From Oscillospiraceae bacterium (GTDB taxonomy: Bacteria; Bacillota; Clostridia; Oscillospirales; Feifaniaceae), in NCBI GenBank assembly GCA_963662765.2, contig CAXXUP010000002.1, positions 164,568-228,567 on the forward strand: a DNA stretch of 64,000 nt, in the 5' to 3' direction. The notes beneath the pieces are model-generated. The model saw only the letters and a program-made list of their open reading frames with translations. It made no database searches and was not told the origin of the DNA. A program made the position numbers and the translations under genes. Below, in pieces: positions 17,334 through 24,927 of the stretch; position 1 is the stretch's first letter; every line of letters begins with the position of its first letter.

Positions 17334-18647
17334 TTATTTCCCTAGGATGCAGGGAAGGGTGACATGCTCCATGTCGTAATAGGCCCGCTCAATGTCGAGT
17401 GTCATGAAGACACCATCTTTGTACAGGACTTTACCTTTACACATGGTTAAGCAGACGTCGGAACCCTTGGCGGCATAGACAATGTTGGAGATGACGTTGT
17501 GGCAAGGGTGCAGATGCGGCTTGTGGAAGTCGAGCAGCATGAGGTCGGCGTCAAACCCCTCCACAATGCGGCCGCTCTCGTTTTCCCGACCCTGTGCGTA
17601 AGCACCGGCCACCGTCGCCATGTAGAGCGCCTCCTGCGCCGGGAGCAGGGTGGGGTCGAAGTTTATGCCCTTGTGCAGGATGGCGGCAAGCTTCATGTCG
17701 AAGAATAGATCGTTGGTGTTGATGGCGCAGGCGCTGTCGGTTGCAAGCGAGAGCCGCACGCCGTGCCGCTTCATGGCGGTATAATTTTGAATGCCGGAGG
17801 CAAGCTTTAAGTTGCCGCCCGGATCGTGGACAGCCGTGACGTCTTTTGCGGCCAAGAGATCCATGTCGTCCTCGGTGACCCAGACGCAGTGGGCGGCCGT
17901 GGCGCGGGTGTCGAAGACGCCGCTGTCGTTTAAGACGGCGGCCGGCGTCTTGCCGTGGCGGGCGACACAATCGTCATGCTCAAGCTTCGTCTCGGAGAGA
18001 TGGACGTGCATGTTGAGGTTATGGGCTTTTGCGATGTCGGCGAAAAAGCGGTGGACTCTGGGCGGCGAGGTGTACTCGCCGTGGATCGAGATATCGGCCT
18101 TAATGCGGCCGTCACCGGCGCCGTGATAGTTTTGGATCAGCTCCATGGTCTCGAGGTAGGCGCGGTCCTTCGTGGGGTCGTAGTCTGGGTCGAATGTGAC
18201 GACCGAATTGGAGAGATTGGCCATGACGCCGGCCTCAAGGCACATACGGGCCAACTGCGGTTCGAAGAAGTACATGTCGGTAAAGCCGACGGTGCCGGTC
18301 GAAATGCACTCCGCAAGCCCAATGGTGCAGGCGGGGGCGGTGATCTCCTCCGTCAGCCGGTGCTCGGCCGGCCAGATGTGCTCCTCGAGCCAGACTTTGA
18401 GGGTGTACTCGTCGGCAAAACCGCGAAAAGCGGTCATGGCAATGTGCAGATGGGTGTTGTAAAGCCCAGGACAGAGCACTTTATCGGTACAGTCAATCTG
18501 CTCGTATCCCGCCGCCTTTGCGGCGTCGGGCGGGGTGACCCCGACATAGGAGATGCGGCGGCCGTCGACTAAAACGTGTGCGCCCTCAAGCACCCGCATG
18601 TCCTTATCCATCGTGACGACCGTCACGTCTTTAAACCAGTAGCGCAT
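17334..18647 (-). CDS. mtaD: Amidohydrolase of the MtaD/TRZ-ATZ type (5'-methylthioadenosine/S-adenosylhomocysteine deaminase-like)
   Basis: 437 aa with the HLHIAMT metal motif, HVHLSET and HC.W..ED. Overall length and layout match MtaD-type deaminases. Confidence 0.75.
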   Translation of the reverse strand: MRYWFKDVTVVTMDKDMRVLEGAHVLVDGRRISYVGVTPPDAAKAAGYEQIDCTDKVLCPGLYNTHLHIAMTAFRGFADEYTLKVWLEEHIWPAEHRLTEEITAPACTIGLAECISTGTVGFTDMYFFEPQLARMCLEAGVMANLSNSVVTFDPDYDPTKDRAYLETMELIQNYHGAGDGRIKADISIHGEYTSPPRVHRFFADIAKAHNLNMHVHLSETKLEHDDCVARHGKTPAAVLNDSGVFDTRATAAHCVWVTEDDMDLLAAKDVTAVHDPGGNLKLASGIQNYTAMKRHGVRLSLATDSACAINTNDLFFDMKLAAILHKGINFDPTLLPAQEALYMATVAGAYAQGRENESGRIVEGFDADLMLLDFHKPHLHPCHNVISNIVYAAKGSDVCLTMCKGKVLYKDGVFMTLDIERAYYDMEHVTLPCILGK

Positions 18648-18667
18648 CGGTTACCTCCTTGGACGGA

Positions 18668-19489
18668 TTACAGCTTCGCGAGGCAGTTTTTTACGAGCCC
18701 GCAGAAGTTGTCCTTGACTCTGGCTGCGTGGGTATCGGCCTCGCCGGGAACATAGGCTTTCTTGACCATGCCGGAGGCCATGTTGACCATGAGGGAAAAG
18801 CCCAGAATTTTCATGCCGCAGTGGGTGGCCGCAATGGCCTCGGGCACTGTCGACATGCCGACAGCGTCTCCGCCCAAAATGCGGCAGGCACGAATCTCAG
18901 CCGGCGTCTCAAACTGGGGACCGGTAAAGTAGAAGTAGACACCCTCCTTAAGCTGGAGGCCCATCTCGCTTGCCGTCTCCAAGGCCATGGTCCGCAGGGA
19001 TGCTGTATAGACGTCAGTCATGTCGCAAAAACGGCCGCCGAACTCCGGAATATTGGGACCTACGAGGGGATCGGGATCAAAGAGGCGGATCTGATCGGCT
19101 ATCAGCATGATGTCGCCGGGCCGATAGTTGTAGTTGACGGCGCCGGCCGCGTTTGTGACGATCATGGTCTCGCAGCCCATCAGCTTTGCGACCCGTACCG
19201 GGAAAGTGACCTCATCTGCCGTGTAGCCCTCGTAAATGTGGATGCGGCCTTGCATGACCATGACATTCTTGCCGGCGAGCTTACCGAAGACAAAATTGCC
19301 TTTGTGGGAGTGGGCGGTGGAGACACGCTGATGCGGAACTTCCTTGTAAGGGATGACGACGGCGTCCTCGACCTCGTCGGCCAAATAGCCGACCCCGGTG
19401 CCGAGAATGACCAGCACCTCTGGCTTAAAATCACCGAGCTTATCTTTCAGGGACTGGGCAGCCTCCTGATATTCGGAAAATGCGAGCAT
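18668..19489 (-). CDS. Purine nucleoside phosphorylase, trimeric PNP/MTAP family (PunA-like)
   Basis: 273 aa with ILGTGVG, STAHSHKGNFVFG, MQGRIHIYEGY, TNAAGAVN and GMSTVPEAI. Confidence 0.85.
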   Translation of the reverse strand: MLAFSEYQEAAQSLKDKLGDFKPEVLVILGTGVGYLADEVEDAVVIPYKEVPHQRVSTAHSHKGNFVFGKLAGKNVMVMQGRIHIYEGYTADEVTFPVRVAKLMGCETMIVTNAAGAVNYNYRPGDIMLIADQIRLFDPDPLVGPNIPEFGGRFCDMTDVYTASLRTMALETASEMGLQLKEGVYFYFTGPQFETPAEIRACRILGGDAVGMSTVPEAIAATHCGMKILGFSLMVNMASGMVKKAYVPGEADTHAARVKDNFCGLVKNCLAKL

Positions 19490-19622
19490 GATTAAAACCT
19501 CCTATAAAATTTTATATTTATCATATCTAAAATGGGTCAATTTGTAAAGGAAATTTGTTTGACTTGACGCCGTCTATCGTGTATCCTTAAATGTGGAGAG
19601 ATATCTAAAAGGGGGTATAAAA

Positions 19623-20165
19623 ATGCCAAGAATCACTGTGCTTACCGGCAGCCCGAGGATAAGCGGCAACACGGACATGCTTGCCGACGCATTCATTGCG
19701 GGTGCTAAGGGGGCAGGTGCCGATGTGACGAAAATATCGCTTGCAGATAAAAAAATTCATCCCTGTATCGACTGCGGGAGCTGCATCCGAACAAAAAAGT
19801 GCGTATTTGACGACGATATGGAGGGCATCTACGCGCAGCTCGCCAAAACCGACATTCTGGTTCTTGCGACGCCGGTGTATTTCTATACCTTTTCTGCACA
19901 GCTCAAGGCGGTTTTGGACCGTTTGCACAATCCGGTGAGAAAGAGCTTTCCCATCATTGCGGCGGCGCTGCTCGCGGTCTGTGCCGACAGCGAGCCCGAG
20001 ACCTTTGACCCGCTCAAGAGCACTTTTTCCGCCATCTGTGAGTACGAGGGCTGGCTCAATGTCGGCAGTGTCACGGTGGACAAGGTGGAGCGCAAGGGGG
20101 CCATCGCCGGAAACAAGGGGCTCGACCTCGCAAGAGACCTTGGCCGAATCGCGGCCTCGGCATAA
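19623..20165 (+). CDS. Flavodoxin-like fold NAD(P)H-dependent FMN reductase / iron-sulfur flavoprotein family
   Basis: MPRITVLTGSPRISGNTDML...CIDCGSCIRTKKC...LATPVYFY. Confidence 0.8.
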   Translation: MPRITVLTGSPRISGNTDMLADAFIAGAKGAGADVTKISLADKKIHPCIDCGSCIRTKKCVFDDDMEGIYAQLAKTDILVLATPVYFYTFSAQLKAVLDRLHNPVRKSFPIIAAALLAVCADSEPETFDPLKSTFSAICEYEGWLNVGSVTVDKVERKGAIAGNKGLDLARDLGRIAASA

Positions 20166-20181
20166 ACGCTGCATGAAGAAC

Positions 20182-20218
20182 AAAAAATCCGGACTTTTTC
20201 ATTAAGTCCGGATTTTTT
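20182..20218. terminator. Bidirectional terminator
   Basis: AAAAAATCCGGACTT-loop-AAGTCCGGATTTTTT. It overlaps the stop codon of the kinase gene. Confidence 0.75.
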
Positions 20219-21623
20219 ATTCGGGCGAGCTCATGTCGACATCGGGAATCGTGAAGGTCACGGTCGTGCCCTCTCCCAGCACGCTGTCGATATAGTGGGG
20301 GTAACCGAGCAGCTCGAAAATGCTGCCGACGATGTGCATTCCGATGCCGGAGCCGTCATCCCTGGAGAGCTCGCTGTGGGGCGATTTGTAAAACCGGTCC
20401 CAGACATGGGGAATGTCGTCGGGGTGGATGCCCTCGCCGGTGTCCGAGACGGTGACGGTGATGCCGCCGCCCTCCCTTGTGACCGACAGCTCGATTGTGC
20501 CGCCCGGCGGGGTGTGTTTAATGGAGTTTGAGATAATGTTGGAGAGGACGGTGTTCAGCTTCTCCCGGTCGCTTGTGACGACAACGTTGCCCTCGGTCTT
20601 GAGCGAGAGCGAGAGAGAGCGGCTGTCGGCCAGGACCTGCTGGTCGGCAACGGCGAGGCGGGACAGTGCTGCCAGGTCGATTTTTTCGAGCAGTACATTC
20701 TCGCTGCCGGTCTGGATTTTGGAGAGCAGGATCATGGACTTGACCATGCCCTCAAGGGTACGGGCACGGGATGCGATGATGCGCAGAAACTCTTGCTGCT
20801 GCTCCGGCGGCAGATTATCCCTACAGCTCTCAAGCAGTTCGCAGTAGGTGATAATGGCCGCGATCGGCGTTTTGAGGTTGTGGGAGACGTTTGATATGAT
20901 TTGATTTTTAAAATTGTCCGACTTCTTTAACTGTTCAGACATGGTGTTGACCGAAGCTGCCAAGGTCGCCAGCTCGTCGTGTCCCTGCACGTCGATGTGC
21001 ACATCATAATCACCGGCAGTGATGGAGCCTGCCGCATCGCCGATGTGCTCGAGCGGACTCGTGATGGTGCGGGCCAGCATGTAGGACAAAAGAGACGTGA
21101 CGATTATGGAGAGGGCAATGATGTAGGCGAGGGAAGTGGCCTGTGCAAAGAGCACGCTCGAGACCGTGGCAGCATAGCAGCCGAGCAGCAGATACCGCCC
21201 ATCCGGCATGGGAGAGCCGTAGAGCAGCAGCGAGGTGGCGCCGCTTTCAGCGGGCGGAAGCTGCTTGACGTAGGCCACCCCATCACTCAAAGCCTGCGCA
21301 TAGTCGGCAGCGCGTCCCTCCACCGCCTCCCGCAGTGCGGACGAGGCGTAGTACTGGGGCGACATGGCCGGCTGTGCCCGGTCGAAGAGGATGACGGCTG
21401 CCATGCGGCCGGTGGCAAACCGCCGCATGTTGGCGTTGATGTCCTTTTGCGGAGTGTCGTTATTGATCATGGTGGAGGTGGTGGCCGCCTGCTCGTCGAG
21501 CATAGTAATGACGGCCTCAAGCTGAGCCCCATGCAGCATGTAGATGTGCATGGCCAGAGAGACCGTCAGAACGATCAGCGTAACGCTGACGATTGAAAAA
21601 AGGAATTTTGTAAAGAGCTTCAT
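20217..21623 (-). CDS. Sensor histidine kinase (two TM segments, HAMP, HisKA, HATPase_c)
   Basis: H-box FKNQIISNVSHNLKTP, N-box SNIISNSIKHT, and G-boxes DTGEGI and GSGIGMHIV. Confidence 0.85.
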   Translation of the reverse strand: MKLFTKFLFSIVSVTLIVLTVSLAMHIYMLHGAQLEAVITMLDEQAATTSTMINNDTPQKDINANMRRFATGRMAAVILFDRAQPAMSPQYYASSALREAVEGRAADYAQALSDGVAYVKQLPPAESGATSLLLYGSPMPDGRYLLLGCYAATVSSVLFAQATSLAYIIALSIIVTSLLSYMLARTITSPLEHIGDAAGSITAGDYDVHIDVQGHDELATLAASVNTMSEQLKKSDNFKNQIISNVSHNLKTPIAAIITYCELLESCRDNLPPEQQQEFLRIIASRARTLEGMVKSMILLSKIQTGSENVLLEKIDLAALSRLAVADQQVLADSRSLSLSLKTEGNVVVTSDREKLNTVLSNIISNSIKHTPPGGTIELSVTREGGGITVTVSDTGEGIHPDDIPHVWDRFYKSPHSELSRDDGSGIGMHIVGSIFELLGYPHYIDSVLGEGTTVTFTIPDVDMSSPE

Positions 21624-22315
21624 CAGTCTCGCAGTACGAGCTTATATCCAAGTCCCCAGACAGTCTGAATGCAGTCGCCATAGTCGCCAAGCAGCTTGCG
21701 CAGCCGTTTCACGTGGCTGTCGACCGTACGGTAATCGTTGATGTCGGCGTCGCCCCAGACCTTGCTGATGAGCACTTCTCTGGAAAAGGCGCGGCCGGGA
21801 TTGCACAGCAGGAAGTAGAGCAGCTCGTACTCCTTGCGCTTTAAGATGAGCGGCACACCGTTTAAGGAGATCTCCCGGCGCTCGGTGTTGACCGAGAGGG
21901 CCCCGAAAGTGAGGTCGCTGATCACTTTTCCGCCCGGCTGGTAAGTGCGGGTGATGAGGGCCTGAACACGGGCCTCGAGTTCTTTTAAGCTGAAGGGTTT
22001 GCTGAGATAGTCGTCGCACCCGCCGGCAAACGCCTCGAGCTTGTCCCGCTCCTCGGAGAGCGCCGTGAGCATGATGATGGGCACGCCGGAGTGGGAGCGC
22101 AGCGTCCGCAAAACCTCATAGCCGCTCTTAACCGGCATCATCACGTCCAAAATGACGAGATTGACGATATGCGACTCGAAAAGCTCCAGCGCCGCCGCCC
22201 CGTCAAAGGCCTGTATGCACTGGTAGCCCTGCGACTTGAAATAGAAGCAGATCCCGTTATTGAGGTCTGCGTCGTCCTCCGCAATCAGGATGGTCCATTT
22301 TCCGCTGTCAGCCAC
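21623..22315 (-). CDS. OmpR-family response regulator
   Basis: WTILIAEDD...ILDVMMP receiver domain plus a winged-helix C-terminus (VWG...VDSHVKRLRKLL...GLGYKL). GTG 22315 sits behind GGAGGAG. ATGA overlap with the kinase gene. The longer ORF-track start is unsupported. Confidence 0.85.
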   Translation of the reverse strand: MADSGKWTILIAEDDADLNNGICFYFKSQGYQCIQAFDGAAALELFESHIVNLVILDVMMPVKSGYEVLRTLRSHSGVPIIMLTALSEERDKLEAFAGGCDDYLSKPFSLKELEARVQALITRTYQPGGKVISDLTFGALSVNTERREISLNGVPLILKRKEYELLYFLLCNPGRAFSREVLISKVWGDADINDYRTVDSHVKRLRKLLGDYGDCIQTVWGLGYKLVLRD

Positions 22316-22462
22316 TTGCGCTCCTCCGTTTCTGTGATGGCAATTTCCGCGCCGTCCCGGCAAATGTCGGGTCTTCGGCGCAATATCTATGTGCATTACT
22401 ATTGTATCACATCGCCTTTGCGTGATACAATAGTCACGATGAATAATAACTGGAGGTAAACG

Positions 22463-22729
22463 ATGAGCTGCAACTGTTCATGTAATTCGGTCGGCCCCGT
22501 CCGCCCCTTTCACGAACTTTCAAACGCGCTGCTTGCAGGCAAGCGCATTCACCTCGTCTTCCACGAGGCTCTCTCCCGCCCGGAGGAGTATTGGCATCTT
22601 GACAAGGCGACTGAGGAATACGTCTGCACGCTGATGGAAAGAGAATATATGCGGTGCCCGTCCGGCCGCTTTATGGCCCGGGTCCAGGACGACATGGTCG
22701 CAGCCGTCGTGGCGGAGATTATCGATTAG
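22463..22729 (+). CDS. Small hypothetical protein (88 aa, MSCNCSCN N-terminus)
   Basis: Open frame with high-GC codon usage behind GGAGGTAAAC. No recognisable motif. Confidence 0.5.
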   Translation: MSCNCSCNSVGPVRPFHELSNALLAGKRIHLVFHEALSRPEEYWHLDKATEEYVCTLMEREYMRCPSGRFMARVQDDMVAAVVAEIID

Positions 22730-22745
22730 CCAAATCTTAATGAAA

Positions 22746-22776
22746 GAAGCCGGCAGCCCATCGGGCTGCCGGCTTC
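22746..22776. terminator. Strong 14-bp hairpin at the left border of the islet
   Basis: GAAGCCGGCAGCCC-ATC-GGGCTGCCGGCTTC. The U-tract is weak on the + strand and slightly better on the - strand (CTTTCATT). Confidence 0.5.
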
Positions 22777-22783
22777 AAAAATG

Positions 22784-22809
22784 TATGGCTGCGGGACTAG
22801 TATTCGAAC
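22784..22809. repeat. att-like partial copy of the tRNA-Gln 3' end
   Basis: tatggctgcgggactagTattcgaac versus 24447-24472 tatggctgcgggactagGattcgaac (25 of 26 identical). Confidence 0.85.
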
Positions 22810-22822
22810 TGTCAACACAATA

Positions 22823-22860
22823 GAATCGTCCCCTTGTGTCCGAACCGTCCCCTTGTGTCC
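22823..22860. repeat. Tandem 19-mer x2 (gaa[t/c]cgtccccttgtgtcc)
   Basis: Read directly at 22823-22841 and 22842-22860. Confidence 0.9.
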
Positions 22861-22883
22861 TTGTACAGTATCGGGGGTGTTTT

Positions 22884-22906
22884 TGTCAAGAAGGATGAAC
22901 TGCCCC
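22884..22906 (-). promoter_or_regulatory. Module copy A: GGGGCAGTTCAT-N5-TTGACA (minus strand)
   Basis: The plus strand reads tgtcaa-gaagg-atgaactgcccc. The flanking cagtatcgggggtg is shared with copy B. Confidence 0.5.
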
Positions 22907-23376
22907 TAACTTTTTTGCGAAATACTACTAAAAAACTCCATAACTGGGTCCTCACTCTCTCTATTTTGCTTGGCATAAGGCAAATAGAAGGATATGAATA
23001 AAATCAGGATCACCCATATCCGTGAAAATAGATCTTGGAAAAAGAAGCCAAAGCTTAATCCCAATACTGTAAAAAATATGTCACTAGAAATAATAACAGA
23101 TCTTGGACAAGGCTCAAATCTTCCTCTGATTAGACACCCAGTCTCTTTAGGTACAACCTTTCCATAAAACGCCCTTATATACCAGGAAAACCGAGGGTAA
23201 GGGATGGCGTTCCTTAAACGGAAACAGTTTCCATTTATCTGTATCTGGAAGCCATCTTGCTCCAAAAAGCCATCTTTTTTGCAGCTTGTTCGTAAAATAT
23301 CAATTAATTCGGCTTGGTCGATGCTATAAGAAAAAACATATTCTCTGGATATGTAGTTTTCTGCCCATTCTTTCAC
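22906..23376 (-). CDS. Hypothetical protein (156 aa; soluble N-terminal half, two C-terminal TM segments)
   Basis: ORF with AT-rich codon usage. RBS-like aggagagata lies before the ATG at 23376. Confidence 0.5.
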   Translation of the reverse strand: MKEWAENYISREYVFSYSIDQAELIDILRTSCKKDGFLEQDGFQIQINGNCFRLRNAIPYPRFSWYIRAFYGKVVPKETGCLIRGRFEPCPRSVIISSDIFFTVLGLSFGFFFQDLFSRIWVILILFISFYLPYAKQNRESEDPVMEFFSSISQKS

Positions 23377-23424
23377 GTATATCTCTCCTATATCTGCAAC
23401 CGCATTTTAGTCAACGAATGAGTA

Positions 23425-23742
23425 TTAACTTATGCCGAGCTCTCTTTTTTCCTTGGGGGTAAGATATTTGTTTGGGTCGCTTACAGTTGCATCATCAGGA
23501 ATCATAACCGCATAAGAGATAACACCGTGCATTTCAATCCCCTGAGGTGTTGTCAACACATATGAACCGTCCCTCTGTCTTTCACCTCTGTCTTTCACCT
23601 CTGTCTTTTGATGCATAACTTTGGTTAGGAAACGGTTAGGAAAACTTAAGTCAGCGCTAGCACACATTGCCGTTACCGACAGCCAAAAAACATGGTATTT
23701 GCCGTCGATTTTTTTGGCGCGCGCTTCTTGGCATAAGATCAC
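23425..23742 (-). CDS. Doubtful 105-aa ORF; only the C-terminal part may be coding
   Basis: Its GTG start overlaps the only GGAGG, and the ORF body contains a full copy of the intergenic promoter-like module (23551-23573). Confidence 0.3.
   Translation of the reverse strand: MILCQEARAKKIDGKYHVFWLSVTAMCASADLSFPNRFLTKVMHQKTEVKDRGERQRDGSYVLTTPQGIEMHGVISYAVMIPDDATVSDPNKYLTPKEKRELGIS
23551..23573 (-). promoter_or_regulatory. Module copy D: GGGACGGTTCAT-N5-TTGACA (minus strand), preceded by a tandem 13-mer x2
   Basis: The plus strand reads tgtcaa-cacat-atgaaccgtccc, then ctctgtctttcac twice. Confidence 0.5.
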
Positions 23743-23754
23743 CTCCGATACCGG

Positions 23755-23801
23755 ATTGCAGTATCGGGGGTGACTGCTGTCAAGACAGATGAACCGTCCC
23801 C
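23755..23801 (-). promoter_or_regulatory. Module copy B with a complete sigma-70-like promoter (GGGGACGGTTCAT-N5-TTGACA-N17-TGCAAT)
   Basis: Plus strand: attgca 23755-23760, tgtcaa 23778-23783 and atgaaccgtcccc 23789-23801. Confidence 0.55.
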
Positions 23802-23826
23802 TTGTCCAATAATTGTGGGAGCATTG

Positions 23827-24213
23827 TCAACCAACAGAACCGTGCCCGTGGTTTCCGTCTTTTGCTACTTTGCTAATATTTTTCCTTCTCCACATTTCTT
23901 GCCTATATGCAGCACAAACCCCCAAAACATAAAGAATTAGTAATTGCACAAATTTTAATGTTTGAAGTAAATCTGGAGCTATATTGCCTAGATATTCAAA
24001 AAGGTACAAAACCAATATCATCGGCACAATAATAATAATTATCATATTTAAAAAGAGTTGTCCAATTACCTTTAGCCATAAATTTAAATCATAATTGGCT
24101 TTAAGTGGCTTAAGAGGATTCTTTTCTGAATATAATACCTTCCACATGGTTTCTACAGCTAATATTAAGAATGCAGGTATTGAAAACCAGATATACCACG
24201 GCTTCTGTTTCAT
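23827..24213 (-). CDS. Hypothetical small membrane protein (128 aa, ~3 TM)
   Basis: AAAGGAGTAAAT lies before the ATG at 24213. Hydrophobic segments include FSIPAFLILAV, LFLNMIIIIIVPMILVLYLF and LLILYVLGVCAA. Confidence 0.55.
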   Translation of the reverse strand: MKQKPWYIWFSIPAFLILAVETMWKVLYSEKNPLKPLKANYDLNLWLKVIGQLFLNMIIIIIVPMILVLYLFEYLGNIAPDLLQTLKFVQLLILYVLGVCAAYRQEMWRRKNISKVAKDGNHGHGSVG

Positions 24214-24253
24214 ATTTACTCCTTTCCAGTGTCAGGAAGACAGGGGCAAAGAC

Positions 24254-24278
24254 AGGGGGACGGTTCATGCGTCTGGAT
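24254..24278 (+). promoter_or_regulatory. Module copy C, inverted orientation and degenerate -35 (GGGGGACGGTTCAT-N5-TGGATC)
   Basis: Read directly on the plus strand. It is preceded by gacaggggcaaagacaggggg. Confidence 0.45.
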
Positions 24279-24446
24279 CTGGTAATGATAGCCTAACATT
24301 TTTCAATACACGCTTGCCGATACGGCGGCGATTAGCACATTTTATACATTGTAGCTCAAAAGTGCGCTGTCTTCAACACCGGAAAAGAGTAAGCAACCGA
24401 AGCGACAACAAAAAACCACCTATTTCCGAAGAAACAAGTGGTTTTT

Positions 24447-24472
24447 TATGGCTGCGGGACTAGGATTCGAAC
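24447..24472. repeat. att-like repeat, copy within the intact tRNA-Gln 3' end
   Basis: See the feature at 22784-22809. Confidence 0.85.
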
Positions 24473-24522
24473 CCAGACAAACAGAGTCAGAGTCTGCCGT
24501 GCTACCATTACACAATCCCGCA
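24449..24522 (-). tRNA. tRNA-Gln (anticodon CTG)
   Basis: The reverse complement folds as a cloverleaf: acceptor TGCGGGA/TCCCGCA, anticodon arm GCAGA-CTCTGAC-TCTGT, T-arm CTGGG-TTCGAAT-CCTAG, discriminator G and encoded CCA. U1:A72 is typical of bacterial tRNA-Gln. A hairpin terminator (aaaaaccac...gtggttttt) lies at 24415-24447. Confidence 0.9.
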
Positions 24523-24549
24523 GTATTGCTGCTCTAACACGCAGTGTCT

Positions 24550-24577
24550 ATTATACCGTTTTTTTCGAGAATGTCAA
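24550..24577 (-). promoter_or_regulatory. Sigma-70-type promoter for tRNA-Gln
   Basis: The minus strand reads TTGACA-N16-TATAAT. Confidence 0.65.
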
Positions 24578-24610
24578 GAACTCTTTGTGAAATCCGGGCT
24601 CGATTTTCTG

Positions 24611-24639
24611 TTGCAATCAAGCCTCGAATATTGTATAAT
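24611..24639 (+). promoter_or_regulatory. Sigma-70-type promoter for tRNA-Leu
   Basis: TTGCAA-N17-TATAAT with an extended TG, ending 12 nt before the tRNA. Confidence 0.7.
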
Positions 24640-24651
24640 AAGCGTGCACTT

Positions 24652-24737
24652 GCCGGTGTGATGGAATGGCAGACGTGACGGACTCAAAATCCGTTGGTAG
24701 CGATACCGTGCGGGTTCAAGTCCCGCCACCGGCACCA
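24652..24737 (+). tRNA. tRNA-Leu (anticodon CAA), long variable arm
   Basis: Acceptor GCCGGTG/CACCGGC, anticodon arm ACGGA-CTCAAAA-TCCGT, variable arm TGGTAGCGATACCG, T-arm GCGGG-TTCAAGT-CCCGC, then A and CCA. Confidence 0.9.
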
Positions 24738-24744
24738 TATTTCT

Positions 24745-24790
24745 AAAAAAAAGGCGGCCCGCATTGTGATATGCGGGCCGCCTTTTTTTT
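24745..24790 (+). terminator. Rho-independent terminator after tRNA-Leu
   Basis: AAGGCGGCCCGCAT-loop-ATGCGGGCCGCCTT followed by a T8 run. Confidence 0.85.
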
Positions 24791-24855
24791 GAATACCATG
24801 GCGGCCAAAGCCCTACCTAAATTTGAGCACAACAGGTTTATATTTCTTGGAAATC

Positions 24856-24885
24856 TTGACAATATGAACACACATTAGTTACAAT
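24856..24885 (+). promoter_or_regulatory. Candidate promoter of the TetR/SLH unit
   Basis: TTGACA-N18-TACAAT about 40 nt upstream of the tetR-like start. Confidence 0.5.
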
Positions 24886-24927
24886 AAGTACACATAAGAA
24901 CAATTGATAGTCTGGAGAATCATACGG

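Larger units (their letters stand above)
22784..24472. mobile_element. Remnant of a tRNA-Gln-integrated element (islet without an integrase)
   Basis: Bounded by the 26-bp direct repeat. The interior is visibly AT-rich compared with the flanks. It holds three small orphan ORFs on the minus strand and a repeated motif family. Confidence 0.5.

Noticed and set aside
18659-19495. 278-aa plus-strand ORF.
   Set aside because: It is an exact antisense shadow of the purine nucleoside phosphorylase gene, which carries unmistakable PNP motifs.
22463-22729. Cys-rich start (MSCNCSCN) of the 88-aa ORF as a possible RiPP or lanthipeptide precursor next to the two-component system.
   Set aside because: There are no modification, transport or immunity genes nearby. 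The rest of the protein looks like an ordinary small globular protein. There is not enough evidence for any call.
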